NCBI GenBank assembly: GCA_964535515.1
Contig: CAZHTA010000001.1
Location: forward strand, 49,707 to 113,706
Direction: 5' to 3'
DNA from: an uncultured Gammaproteobacteria bacterium
GTDB taxonomy: Bacteria > Patescibacteriota > Patescibacteriia > Magasanikbacterales > GWA2-37-8
DNA length: 64,000 nt
This document shows, in pieces, positions 48,242 through 57,577 of the stretch. Every line of letters begins with the position of its first letter. Position 1 is the first letter of the stretch. The notes beneath the pieces are model-generated. The model had not been told where the DNA came from, did not search any database, and saw only the letters and a list, made by a program, of their open reading frames with translations. The position numbers and the translations under genes are program-made.

Positions 48242-48910
48242 TTAACTAGTCAATTGAAACTCTGGCTTTATATTAACCGCCTCACCCAAGAAACTTACTA
48301 ACATATAAGCACCAAACATGATAACCAAACCAATTACTGCTGCCACCAAAATATCTGTACCTTTCTTTACTTTCTCCGAACTGCCTTGAGACAAGATCAA
48401 TGTAAACCCACCATAAACAAACATTACCAAAGCCAAAGCACCAATTACACCAAACAAATACCGTGACAGCTGAATAAGAAAAAATACAAAAATAGAAACA
48501 TCCATACAAGGATCATCTGCCACTTTCGAGAACGATCGCGCCAAGAGACATTCTGGAATTAATTGGCTAGCCACTCCTCTGAAACCACTTTTAGTAGCAG
48601 CCGTTCCTTCTAAATCTCGAGAGGCTTCCCATTTATTTTTTTCGTCTTTACATAACTGTTCACCCGTTGCTCCAGCAAAAAACTTACAACTTCTTTTTAA
48701 TCCTTCACCCTGCTTTGCTAAACAAGTAGCTTCATCTGCTGCTGTTTCACAACTACTACTAAACAAAGAATTGTCTTTAATATTCTCTGGCGTTGCTTTG
48801 CTTAAATCACTCCCACAAAAACAATAATCAGCCGCCGAAACTAATGTGGGGGTTAAGAAAAACATCAACCCAATTAAACCTCCTACTAACCAACTGGTTT
48901 TTTTAATCAT
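48242..48910 (-). CDS. VirB2/TrbC-like family paralog 9 (Cys-rich N-terminal domain)
   Basis: MIKKTSWLVGGLIGLMFFLTPTLVSA...VYGGFTLILSQGSSEKVKKGTDILVAAVIGLVIMFGAYMLVSFL. Confidence 0.5.
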   Translation of the reverse strand: MIKKTSWLVGGLIGLMFFLTPTLVSAADYCFCGSDLSKATPENIKDNSLFSSSCETAADEATCLAKQGEGLKRSCKFFAGATGEQLCKDEKNKWEASRDLEGTAATKSGFRGVASQLIPECLLARSFSKVADDPCMDVSIFVFFLIQLSRYLFGVIGALALVMFVYGGFTLILSQGSSEKVKKGTDILVAAVIGLVIMFGAYMLVSFLGEAVNIKPEFQLTS

Positions 48911-48912
48911 AC

Positions 48913-50310
48913 TTAGATAGTTTGATTAATCTTCGCCGCAGCATCATTAAGAAGAGTTTGACGCCACTCCGCCTGACCTTTATCCTCTGGCCCAGGTATC
49001 AACCAAGCGCTTAACAAATCATTGATTGCTCTATTCGCTGCTTCATAGTTACTACCACGATACCAGTTCTCAGCAATCAAGACATCGGAAACAAATGGTA
49101 ATAATTCTAACTTTTCTTTTTGAGCAGAAATAAAAGCACGAAGTGCGGTTGGTCTACCCGTAGCATCTAAATAATCCTTGGTAGTTTTTGAATGAGTCAA
49201 GAAATCAATTAAGTTCCACGCCTCGTTTTGATTCTTTGATTTACCAACAACGGTTTGAACCCAGTAGTTTGCAACATTAACTGGCTTTTCTGGATTCAGC
49301 TGAAACAATGGTAACACCTCAAAGTTTAACTGTGGTGCCCGTGCTTTTATCTGTGGATAGTTGTAACTATAACCAAAGAAAAATCCAACTGACCCATTTA
49401 CAAATTGATCTAACGCATTACCCATTTCACTATTCCAAGAATAAGTATCACGTGTCGAATTCGCATAATCAGTATAAAAATTTAACACTGCCATTGCGGG
49501 TGTTTCATCCCCTCCGCCCGTAGTTAAATTAAACAAAGCCTGTCCGCTTTTGGCAGAAAAAGCAACGCCACTCTGGCGGAACAATGCATACAAAATATCA
49601 TCTGCACCATTAATATTACTTCCTGTGCCAAGAGCCGTACCAGACTGTACAATCTTGTTGGTTTTTTTGTCGTACTTATTAATTTTCTTTACTGCCGCTT
49701 GAAACTCTTCCCAATTCTTTGGTGGTTCTGGTACACCTGATCGATCTAAAATATCTTTATTGTAATATATAGCCATGGTATCAAGTGACAATGGCAAACC
49801 ATATATCTGATCACCAATCACCACATCGTCTTTAACTACTTTTACATATTCTCGATCTAGGCCAAGCAAATTAATCATTGGCCGTGGGGTGTTGTTAACA
49901 ATCGTCTCTGTACTAAACTGTCCTTTCTGAACAACAACCGTAGTGTCATTTACTGACGCTGGCATTGGCACCAATTTACTTTGAAATGTTTTTAACCAAC
50001 GATTTTTAATAGAGATAATATCCGGACCACGATCTTCTGCTAACGCTTCAACTAAACGAGGATACAATTCAGCCTCACGAATCTGACGAATATTTACTGT
50101 AACCTGTGGACGAGTCGCATTAAATTTTGCTACCGCTGCACGCAAAGCATCCACATCATCAAAAACCGTCCAGTATTCCAAAGTGACTGGCTTAGTTAAC
50201 TGTCTCTCGGCTTGCGTAATCCCTTTACAACCAAATCCAAGAAACAAAAACAAACCAGCAATCATAGAAATTGCTAGAAAAGAAATTGATATTTTATTTT
50301 TCATAACCAA
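48913..50310 (-). CDS. ABC transporter substrate-binding lipoprotein (SBP family 1, sugar-type)
   Basis: Lipobox FLGFGC, SBP_bac_1-like length and composition. Confidence 0.75.
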   Translation of the reverse strand: MVMKNKISISFLAISMIAGLFLFLGFGCKGITQAERQLTKPVTLEYWTVFDDVDALRAAVAKFNATRPQVTVNIRQIREAELYPRLVEALAEDRGPDIISIKNRWLKTFQSKLVPMPASVNDTTVVVQKGQFSTETIVNNTPRPMINLLGLDREYVKVVKDDVVIGDQIYGLPLSLDTMAIYYNKDILDRSGVPEPPKNWEEFQAAVKKINKYDKKTNKIVQSGTALGTGSNINGADDILYALFRQSGVAFSAKSGQALFNLTTGGGDETPAMAVLNFYTDYANSTRDTYSWNSEMGNALDQFVNGSVGFFFGYSYNYPQIKARAPQLNFEVLPLFQLNPEKPVNVANYWVQTVVGKSKNQNEAWNLIDFLTHSKTTKDYLDATGRPTALRAFISAQKEKLELLPFVSDVLIAENWYRGSNYEAANRAINDLLSAWLIPGPEDKGQAEWRQTLLNDAAAKINQTI

Positions 50311-50336
50311 AGCGATAGAATTTTAATCAGCTTTAA

Positions 50337-51206
50337 TTATATCACACTCTTCAAATATTTCCTAAACTCTTTGGACAATTTCGGATCACGCAAAGCAAAA
50401 TCTACGTTGGCTTGCAAGTATCCAAGCTTCGAACCAGTATCATAATATTTACTATCTACTACTTTCGCGTAAATTGGACGTTTCTTAAGTAGTTTAAAAA
50501 TTGCATCTACCAACCATAATTCTCCACCCTTACCTACTTTTGTTTTTTCTAACATTTCAAAAATATCTGGGGTTAAAATAAAACCACCCAAACTCGCAAT
50601 TCGTGAAGGGGCTTTCTCTGGTCCTGGTTTTTCAACAATATTCTTTACTTTTAAAACTGATTTTTCCACTTCTACCCCATCGATCACACCATACTTGGTT
50701 GTTCCTTCATCATTAACCGGATAACCAGTTAAAACCGGATCACCATATTTTTCAAACACCTCAATCAATTGTTTAAGCTGAGGTTTCTTTGGTGCATAAT
50801 GGAACTCATCACCCCACATAACCGCAAAAGGTTCGTCACCAATCACATTCTTAGCACACATTACTGGTGTACCATTACCATATGGACCTTTTTGACGGAT
50901 AAAGATAAAATTAGCCAAATCAGCGATTTTCTTTACTTCTTCAGCCATCTCTCCCTTCCCTTGCTTCTTTAACCAATTCACTAATTCATAGTTAGGACTA
51001 AAATGGTCTTCCACTGCCCGCTTTGATGGACCAGTGACTAAAATAATATCGGTAATACCTGATCGTACTGCATCTTCTACTACATATTGGATAATTGGCT
51101 TATCAACCACCGGCAACATCTCTTTAGGTGAAGCTTTGGTAGCTGGTAAAAAGCGCGTTCCTAAACCAGCAACCGGAATAACCAACTTACGAATCGTTTG
51201 TGACAT
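50337..51206 (-). CDS. galU: UTP--glucose-1-phosphate uridylyltransferase
   Basis: KLVIPVAGLGTRFLPATKASPKEMLPVVDKPIIQY. Confidence 0.9.
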   Translation of the reverse strand: MSQTIRKLVIPVAGLGTRFLPATKASPKEMLPVVDKPIIQYVVEDAVRSGITDIILVTGPSKRAVEDHFSPNYELVNWLKKQGKGEMAEEVKKIADLANFIFIRQKGPYGNGTPVMCAKNVIGDEPFAVMWGDEFHYAPKKPQLKQLIEVFEKYGDPVLTGYPVNDEGTTKYGVIDGVEVEKSVLKVKNIVEKPGPEKAPSRIASLGGFILTPDIFEMLEKTKVGKGGELWLVDAIFKLLKKRPIYAKVVDSKYYDTGSKLGYLQANVDFALRDPKLSKEFRKYLKSVI

Positions 51207-51293
51207 AAAGTAATATTTATATATCTATGGTATTAAGTATAACAAGTACCAGACTATATTTCAATAACTAAAAAAGAACCAATAAACAAGCCC

Positions 51294-51349
51294 TTGAAAA
51301 AAGTCTGAAAATGTGCTATAATACACCCGTTGGTAAATCAATTTACCAA
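51294..51349 (+). promoter_or_regulatory. promoter TTGAAA-17-TGcTATAAT followed by a 9-bp-arm palindrome ttggtaaat-ca-atttaccaa at +1..+20
   Basis: Read directly. Extended -10. The palindrome is an operator-like site. Confidence 0.5.
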
Positions 51350-51398
51350 TTTAATCCTTTTTTACAAAGGAAAATATTATTTACTAATTAACAATCAT

Positions 51399-52763
51399 AT
51401 GGCGTTCGGAGCAGAAAATCGATATAGCCCACCAGGTGCTGACAAAAAAATATCACCGGCAAAAGGTCTACATGAAGTCGACTCTTTTGATGCTATGCTC
51501 GCAGAACAACTGGCTGATGCCAATGCTGAGTTACATTCAAAAACAGCGGCAGGCAGAGCAGAAGCTCCGGACGAAAGACGTGCAGCAAATATAGCTTCAG
51601 TTGAAGGCCAAACACCAGCTGTCAAAACTTCAGATAAACCACAACGACTACGCTCTGTTGATGCTTTTGACGCACTATTAGCAGAACAGCTCGCTGACGC
51701 TAATGATGAGCTACACGCAAAAACACCAGCTGGCAAAGCTGAGGCAGCAGAGGCAAAACGCCTTGCAGGCATAGCTGCAGCCAGAGAAGCGATAAAAAAA
51801 TCACGTGCTGACGGTACATATGAAGCTAAGAAAGCCGAATTTGCAGCAAAACAAGCTTCACGTGGGTCAAATTTTGAAAAAGGAGCACCATTATCACCAG
51901 ATAAACAAGCTTCATTAAACAAAGAAACTAATATTTTACAACAAGGCGATACACCTCAGAACGAGAAACTTGCTTGGGACGATGCTGAAAGAATAGCCGT
52001 CTCACAGCAACGCAAAAATAAATCAGAATCAACAGGAGTTGATCGTGCGGTTATGTTACAAAATCAATTAGATGAGCTTAATAGCAAAACTGCTGATTTG
52101 TTAGGTGAAGAAATTAAAAAAATGAGATTTTGGGTTATTAATAAAGCAACAAAAGCTCATAAAAATTTAATGGATACAAACAGTGTATATGCTGAGTTAG
52201 TATCTAGACGAGAAAAAATCACAAGTAACATCGGTGTAATTGAGAGCCCAGGTTTACGTTTAAACACTACACCTGAAGTTAACTTATCTCAACCAGAACC
52301 AGTCGTCGAACAAGCGCCAACACCTACTGCCAGAATAGAGCGCTCCGTTTTACCACCATCAATTTCTAATCCAGAAAGAACTGCACCAACCCTAAAATTC
52401 TTAACTAACGCTGAAAAGAAAATTATAGCGACAGACAAAGTCATGCGTCCAGAAGACACAAATCAGATTAGACTGGTTAAGTTGCTCGCAAGACTTAAAG
52501 AAACTTTCAACATCGACATGGATGAACAAGGAAAAATGGGGTTCTTTTCTCAACGTAAGTTTAATAAACTATATGAACAACGGATACCTGCATTTGAAGA
52601 ACTTACTGATAAAATCGTAAAAACACAAACTGACCTTGCTTTAGAAAGAACACCTAAGGAAAAATCGCTAAGAATATCAAATGTGATCGCAGCTGCAGCA
52701 GACAGTGGCAGATCAAACAAAATTGCCGATACCGGCAAAGGTACTATGAGCGGAAAAGCATAA
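51399..52763 (+). CDS. hypothetical protein with tandem 30-aa repeats
   Basis: VDSFDAMLAEQLADANAELHSKTAAGRAEA / VDAFDALLAEQLADANDELHAKTPAGKAEA. The ORF-track GTG start at 51330 coincides with the TSS and was rejected. Confidence 0.5.
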   Translation: MAFGAENRYSPPGADKKISPAKGLHEVDSFDAMLAEQLADANAELHSKTAAGRAEAPDERRAANIASVEGQTPAVKTSDKPQRLRSVDAFDALLAEQLADANDELHAKTPAGKAEAAEAKRLAGIAAAREAIKKSRADGTYEAKKAEFAAKQASRGSNFEKGAPLSPDKQASLNKETNILQQGDTPQNEKLAWDDAERIAVSQQRKNKSESTGVDRAVMLQNQLDELNSKTADLLGEEIKKMRFWVINKATKAHKNLMDTNSVYAELVSRREKITSNIGVIESPGLRLNTTPEVNLSQPEPVVEQAPTPTARIERSVLPPSISNPERTAPTLKFLTNAEKKIIATDKVMRPEDTNQIRLVKLLARLKETFNIDMDEQGKMGFFSQRKFNKLYEQRIPAFEELTDKIVKTQTDLALERTPKEKSLRISNVIAAAADSGRSNKIADTGKGTMSGKA

Positions 52764-52861
52764 AATAACCGAATCAAAAAATACTTCAGTCCATCTGAAG
52801 TATTTTTTTATTCCCTAACATATAATTCCATATTACACATCTCTCTCGTACAAACATTCCC

Positions 52862-54223
52862 CTAATTCAACGCCTCCCAACTAATTAAATTGTACTCTGA
52901 TCCTACTGGAAAACCTGGCGGCGGTCCATAGGTTAAATTGGCATCATAGGTAGAGTTGGTAGCTTCATAACCTGACACTACTGACCCGCCGCCTGATACC
53001 CAACTCCATGTCCAAAGACCATTGGTAATTATCGAGCCATACACCGTTAAACTATCCTTCGTATTACCTGGGTAATAGTACCTCTTAGCTGCACCATTCT
53101 GAGCCAAAATCACTGCATTGATCTCCAAAATATTTGGAGAATTATATGGTATTAAAACATTTTTCTCAGCCATCAAACCCAAACTGTGATTTCCGTCTTT
53201 TGCTAAGTAAGTTAAATTACCGTTAATAATAATCGACTTGCCTGTTGCTGTACCAACTGTCGCTCTACCATTAACCACTCCATCTACCCATACCGTATCC
53301 TCTACATATATATATCCATTAGACGGCATATCATAAGTGGTAGCAGTGCCTAAAGTTTTGATATCAATACAAAAAGTATAGTATCGATTGTCATTAATAT
53401 CTTTCCCGTTATAACAATTTGTCGTATTAACTTTGTAAGCCTTAACATGGCCATCGCTAGTAAACTCCAACCGCCAACCCTGTTTACCCGAAGATGAAAG
53501 ATATATTCCACCACTCTTTGACCCTGTTTTTACATCCGCCAATTTAACAGTCACAGCCGAAAAATCCTTAGATGGCACAGGAAAACTCCAATAACTTTGG
53601 GGTGTACCATCACCCCAAATGCCCGGCTTTTCCACATTGCCACAACCAATATGCGCCTTACAAATATAGGTTGGAACAGCTGAGGTAATTTGTGCGTCCC
53701 CTGTCCCATCAAATCGAATACCACTGTTAGCATGCATTTTCCCGTGAACCACTTCATCATCTCCAATCCAAACATCACCGTTCGTTAAAAAAGCATAATC
53801 AGTCAAAGCCGGGAAGCCTACTCGAGCACGAATAATACGTTTACTACTCTCTTGTATATTTAACCAACCAGTCGATTCAATTGTTACCACAGTGGAACCA
53901 GAGGGTGGTGGTGTAACTACTAAAGAATATTGACCAATAACATTCCCGTCTTTATCTTCATAATCATGCACATACGGACCCGACTGACCAGTGCCATCAG
54001 TATAATCAGTTTTATTATGCGCCAAATGCCAACGGTAGTAGTTAACACCAGCTTCCGCAATCTGAAAAGCCATTTCACGATTGTGTTTATGAGCTGAAGC
54101 CCTGTTTTCTAAAATTGCATAACCCACCACCCCGCCAACAAGAAGCGTAAAACTAATCGCCCCAAACACCATAACAAACAAAAGCATGGAACCACGATTA
54201 TCTTTTTTAAATTCCCTTATCAT
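52862..54223 (-). CDS. large pilin-like protein with N-terminal hydrophobic anchor (PilX-like minor pilin candidate)
   Basis: KDNRGSMLLFVMVFGAISFTLLVGG then a 420-aa Gly/Thr/Asn-rich ectodomain. Last gene of the pilin operon. Confidence 0.5.
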   Translation of the reverse strand: MIREFKKDNRGSMLLFVMVFGAISFTLLVGGVVGYAILENRASAHKHNREMAFQIAEAGVNYYRWHLAHNKTDYTDGTGQSGPYVHDYEDKDGNVIGQYSLVVTPPPSGSTVVTIESTGWLNIQESSKRIIRARVGFPALTDYAFLTNGDVWIGDDEVVHGKMHANSGIRFDGTGDAQITSAVPTYICKAHIGCGNVEKPGIWGDGTPQSYWSFPVPSKDFSAVTVKLADVKTGSKSGGIYLSSSGKQGWRLEFTSDGHVKAYKVNTTNCYNGKDINDNRYYTFCIDIKTLGTATTYDMPSNGYIYVEDTVWVDGVVNGRATVGTATGKSIIINGNLTYLAKDGNHSLGLMAEKNVLIPYNSPNILEINAVILAQNGAAKRYYYPGNTKDSLTVYGSIITNGLWTWSWVSGGGSVVSGYEATNSTYDANLTYGPPPGFPVGSEYNLISWEALN

Positions 54224-54228
54224 ACTAA

Positions 54229-54837
54229 TTAATTACTTTTCAAATTCCTAATTTCTACCTTTGATTCAATATTAAAAGGCACTGGTGCCACATTTGGCTT
54301 TTCTTCCAACATTAATTTAATTCCTACCATTCTAACCAATGTAACATTTATCGGTGCAGACATTGGCGTACCAGATACACTCGAATAATTTTGATCATAA
54401 TAATAAAAAACTGAAGTGGTAGCATTGGCCACATCATTAACGGCAGTGGTTATCACTTCATTTGCCGGATTATACGTCAAAGGATTACCTGTTGGTTTAG
54501 TAATTCCTTTTTTAAGTAACTTACCCGATAAAAAATATCTTACTCGCTCACGCCAAGAATCAGAATCGATGTTACTGTAAAATACAATCGTGCTCGTATT
54601 GGCAACCTCCAATGGATATGATCCAATACTTGAAGCATTTGCACGCCGTAATTCGTTAACAAAATCTTGAACAATTTTTCTGCCATCGTTTTGCGTTGAC
54701 AATTGTTCCCACACCACATCACGTCCGTGTAAACCCCACAAAAGAAGCTCGACAATACCGGTGATTAAAAGCAAAAATATACCAATGGCAACTAGCACTT
54801 CAACCATGGTAAAACCCCTTTTGTTTAATCTAATCAT
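54229..54837 (-). CDS. type IV pilin-like protein (prepilin-type N-terminal cleavage/methylation domain)
   Basis: KRGFTMVEVLVAIGIFLLLITG class III signal peptide. Confidence 0.7.
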   Translation of the reverse strand: MIRLNKRGFTMVEVLVAIGIFLLLITGIVELLLWGLHGRDVVWEQLSTQNDGRKIVQDFVNELRRANASSIGSYPLEVANTSTIVFYSNIDSDSWRERVRYFLSGKLLKKGITKPTGNPLTYNPANEVITTAVNDVANATTSVFYYYDQNYSSVSGTPMSAPINVTLVRMVGIKLMLEEKPNVAPVPFNIESKVEIRNLKSN

Positions 54838-54841
54838 ATTA

Positions 54842-56641
54842 TTATTCTTGAGGAGATAGACTAACAACCGCCTCACCGTTACCACTCACTTCAATTGAAC
54901 CAGAGTTGATAGAATAACCACTACGAGAAACTTCTAGTGTATATGTCCCAGCTGCTAACCCTGAAAAGAACACCTGCCCTGGAGGCGTACAATCACTAGT
55001 ATACGTTACTGCCACCTCAGAAAGTTGTGGTGTGTAATGATTATCAGCGGTTGAAAGATACACACGATAGCGCAAATATCTTTTTCCGCTCAGACTAGCA
55101 TGCACCACAGTATTGGTGGCATTATAGAAAGTAGCAGCGGTACCATCTGGACCGATAAAATCCCAAGCTGCTGGAGTACTAGAATTACTGGTTGCTAATT
55201 GAAAAACAATTGGATTGCTACCAGTCTGAACCGGTTGAGATAATGGCTCCCACTCCAAATTACGTAAACTGACTGCACCACCCAAATCAAAAGTTGATGA
55301 TTCTAAATACCCACTACTTAAATATATTCCTCCCACTTTACGTAATTTCAAATCTCCCACCGGAGAGTTAATATCTAAATTACCATCGTCATAAAAATAT
55401 TTATTCTCCGTTGTATAATCCACTTGTCCACTACTACCAGACCAATCAGTCTGACGTGAATAACCTAAGCTAGTAGCAAGCGTATCGTCAAAGCTGCCGT
55501 TATAAAGACGCACCGATGCATCCGACAAAGACAACCCCGTACCTGCATCTTTTACTTTTACCAAAACTGAATTAGTGGTGTGAGTGCGAAGCACCACATA
55601 GAACTCTTGATTTAACCCAGGGGTTAAATTGAGTGGCAACATTGGTATTGTACCAGCAATATCATATGACACGCCCGTTGGTGATAAATAGTAGGTATCC
55701 CACTCTTGATTAGCAAAGCTATATTCCCCACCACCATTAGCCGTAAAATTCTGACTAAACTTATAAATATTCGGATTAGTACCTAATACCTTAGTACCAT
55801 GTAAATTAAAACCAACACTGCCGATTGCGGAACAAGTTGGATTGATTGAATGTAAATTAATACTACCTAATCGATCAATCGAAAAACTTAACTCCGTAAC
55901 CGTTTGGCTAACCACATTAGCCGGTGGTTTCACAGGGTTAGGATTATCAACCGAACTAACAACGGTGTAATCAGAAGAATAACCACCTTTAGAAACAGTA
56001 ATATGATAACTTAAAGTACCAGTCGGAGTATCAATGATTTTTAACCACCCTTCGTTATCAGTTACATCATCAATTACCGTATTTGGTGTGCGTGCAGTGT
56101 TTATGGCATGAACACTTGCGCCAGACACTACTAAACCACTGGCGTCAAAAACTTGAATATATAGGTGACCATTAGAACTCGCACCTTCCAAATTCTTTGG
56201 CGCTACCAACGTACTTAAAATAACCGGCCGAGTCTGTGTGCAATTTGCACAGATCGCCGACATCTCTACTAACTTGTAATCACCGGGTGAAGTATCTTTA
56301 GTGGGTGTACCAGTTGCCATACCATCAAAAGCATTATCAATATTACGTACGGTCGTAGTAAGTAAAAATGTCGCGCCGTTTCGCACCACACTTTTAGTAC
56401 GAGCTAATACACCAGCGGGTACACCATTTTGAATACCAATACTATCAAAAGGAATATTACGCGCTGATTCCAACTCTTCTGACAAAAGGGCAGTTTCCAA
56501 AATTTTCAAACGTGATTGATAAACAATTTTAAATACCAATGAAATACCACCATAAATACCAAGCGCAAATATCAAAAATATCGCCGCGGCAACAACCGCT
56601 TCGATTAAAGTGAATCCTCTGTTTCCTCCAAATAGTTTCAT
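54842..56641 (-). CDS. large type IV pilin-like protein (599 aa)
   Basis: NRGFTLIEAVVAAAIFLIFALGIYGG prepilin motif plus a large beta-rich ectodomain. Confidence 0.7.
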   Translation of the reverse strand: MKLFGGNRGFTLIEAVVAAAIFLIFALGIYGGISLVFKIVYQSRLKILETALLSEELESARNIPFDSIGIQNGVPAGVLARTKSVVRNGATFLLTTTVRNIDNAFDGMATGTPTKDTSPGDYKLVEMSAICANCTQTRPVILSTLVAPKNLEGASSNGHLYIQVFDASGLVVSGASVHAINTARTPNTVIDDVTDNEGWLKIIDTPTGTLSYHITVSKGGYSSDYTVVSSVDNPNPVKPPANVVSQTVTELSFSIDRLGSINLHSINPTCSAIGSVGFNLHGTKVLGTNPNIYKFSQNFTANGGGEYSFANQEWDTYYLSPTGVSYDIAGTIPMLPLNLTPGLNQEFYVVLRTHTTNSVLVKVKDAGTGLSLSDASVRLYNGSFDDTLATSLGYSRQTDWSGSSGQVDYTTENKYFYDDGNLDINSPVGDLKLRKVGGIYLSSGYLESSTFDLGGAVSLRNLEWEPLSQPVQTGSNPIVFQLATSNSSTPAAWDFIGPDGTAATFYNATNTVVHASLSGKRYLRYRVYLSTADNHYTPQLSEVAVTYTSDCTPPGQVFFSGLAAGTYTLEVSRSGYSINSGSIEVSGNGEAVVSLSPQE

Positions 56642-56758
56642 GGATATATTATACCACGAAAACTAAATCAAAAAAACATGTTTTTCGTTGGATTCAATTT
56701 TTATGATAAAATAAAATAATAAATTTCCCAACACATCTTTTTTGTGTGGATAAAGATA

Positions 56759-56787
56759 TTGACAACATATCATAAATGATATATAAT
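56759..56787 (+). promoter_or_regulatory. consensus promoter TTGACA-17-TATAAT with the palindrome tatcataaatgata in the spacer (toxin-antitoxin operator candidate)
   Basis: Read directly. ATG of the toxin at 56797 is about 3 nt after the TSS, so it is leaderless. Confidence 0.55.
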
Positions 56788-56796
56788 ATTAAACGT

Positions 56797-57162
56797 ATGG
56801 AGGGATATAAAATATTTTATTATAAAAATAGTTCTAATGGAAAACAGCCGGCAAGAGAATTTATTCTCGGTTTACAACATAAAGTAAGAGTAAAGGTCTT
56901 TAAATATTTGGAGTATCTACGGTTAAATAATGGCTATCTAGACGAACCCTACTCGCGGCATATAAAAGACAAAATAAGAGAATTGCGAGTCGATTTTGCC
57001 AAAGAGCGACACAGGATTTTCTATTTTACTTTTATTGATAAAAAAATCATTTTATTAAACGGATTTACCAAAAAAACTCCAAAGACACCAGAAAGCGAAA
57101 TTGAAAAAGCACAAAAATATTATCTAGAGACGATCAATAACCCAAATATATATGAAGAATAA
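56797..57162 (+). CDS. type II toxin, HigB/Gp49-like (RelE/ParE superfamily)
   Basis: KQPAREFILGL...KVFKYLEYLRLNNGYLDEPYSRHIKDKIRELRVDFAKERHRIFYFTFIDKKIILLNGFTKKTPKTPESEIEKAQKYY matches the Gp49/DUF891 addiction-module killer pattern. The ORF-track start inside the promoter was rejected. Confidence 0.7.
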   Translation: MEGYKIFYYKNSSNGKQPAREFILGLQHKVRVKVFKYLEYLRLNNGYLDEPYSRHIKDKIRELRVDFAKERHRIFYFTFIDKKIILLNGFTKKTPKTPESEIEKAQKYYLETINNPNIYEE

Positions 57163-57442
57163 AAGAAAACTAAATGATTTTGAGCAAGATCTTCAAAAAG
57201 AATTGAAAAACCCGGAATCTAAACGATTGTTTGACGAATATGGCAAACAACTAGAATTGGCTTACCAAATTTTACAATTACGTAAAAAACAAAAAGTATC
57301 ACAAAGCCAACTGGCAAAGAAAATTGGTACCACTCAAAGTAATGTGGCAAGAATGGAAGCTGGCAAACAAAATTTTTCAACAAACACACTAGTAAAAGTG
57401 GCAGCAGCACTGGGCAAAGAATTGGAAATAAAATTTGTATAA
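57152..57442 (+). CDS. XRE-family HTH antitoxin (HigA-like)
   Basis: QSQLAKKIGTTQSNVARMEAGKQNFSTNTLVKVAAALGKEL. Overlaps the toxin stop by 11 nt. Confidence 0.75.
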   Translation: MKNKRKLNDFEQDLQKELKNPESKRLFDEYGKQLELAYQILQLRKKQKVSQSQLAKKIGTTQSNVARMEAGKQNFSTNTLVKVAAALGKELEIKFV

Positions 57443-57448
57443 AACTAA

Positions 57449-57512
57449 CCGAGGCCTTAGAGCCTCGGTGTTTTTTACCAAACAAAAAACCACGTGAATA
57501 ACCAACGTGGTT
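57449..57512 (+). terminator. two tandem terminator hairpins
   Basis: ccgaggccttagagcctcgg+T-run and aaaaaaccacgtgaataaccaacgtggtttt. Confidence 0.55.
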
Positions 57513-57577
57513 TTAATATGAACTTATACACATCACCCCAAATCAAAAAATGTGATATAATATCTTTACCACAAACT

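Noticed and set aside
57494-57577. ORF-track start of ftsK (MNNQRGFN...)
   Set aside because: Lies inside a terminator hairpin and upstream of an extended -10 promoter. The downstream ATG at 57578 was preferred.
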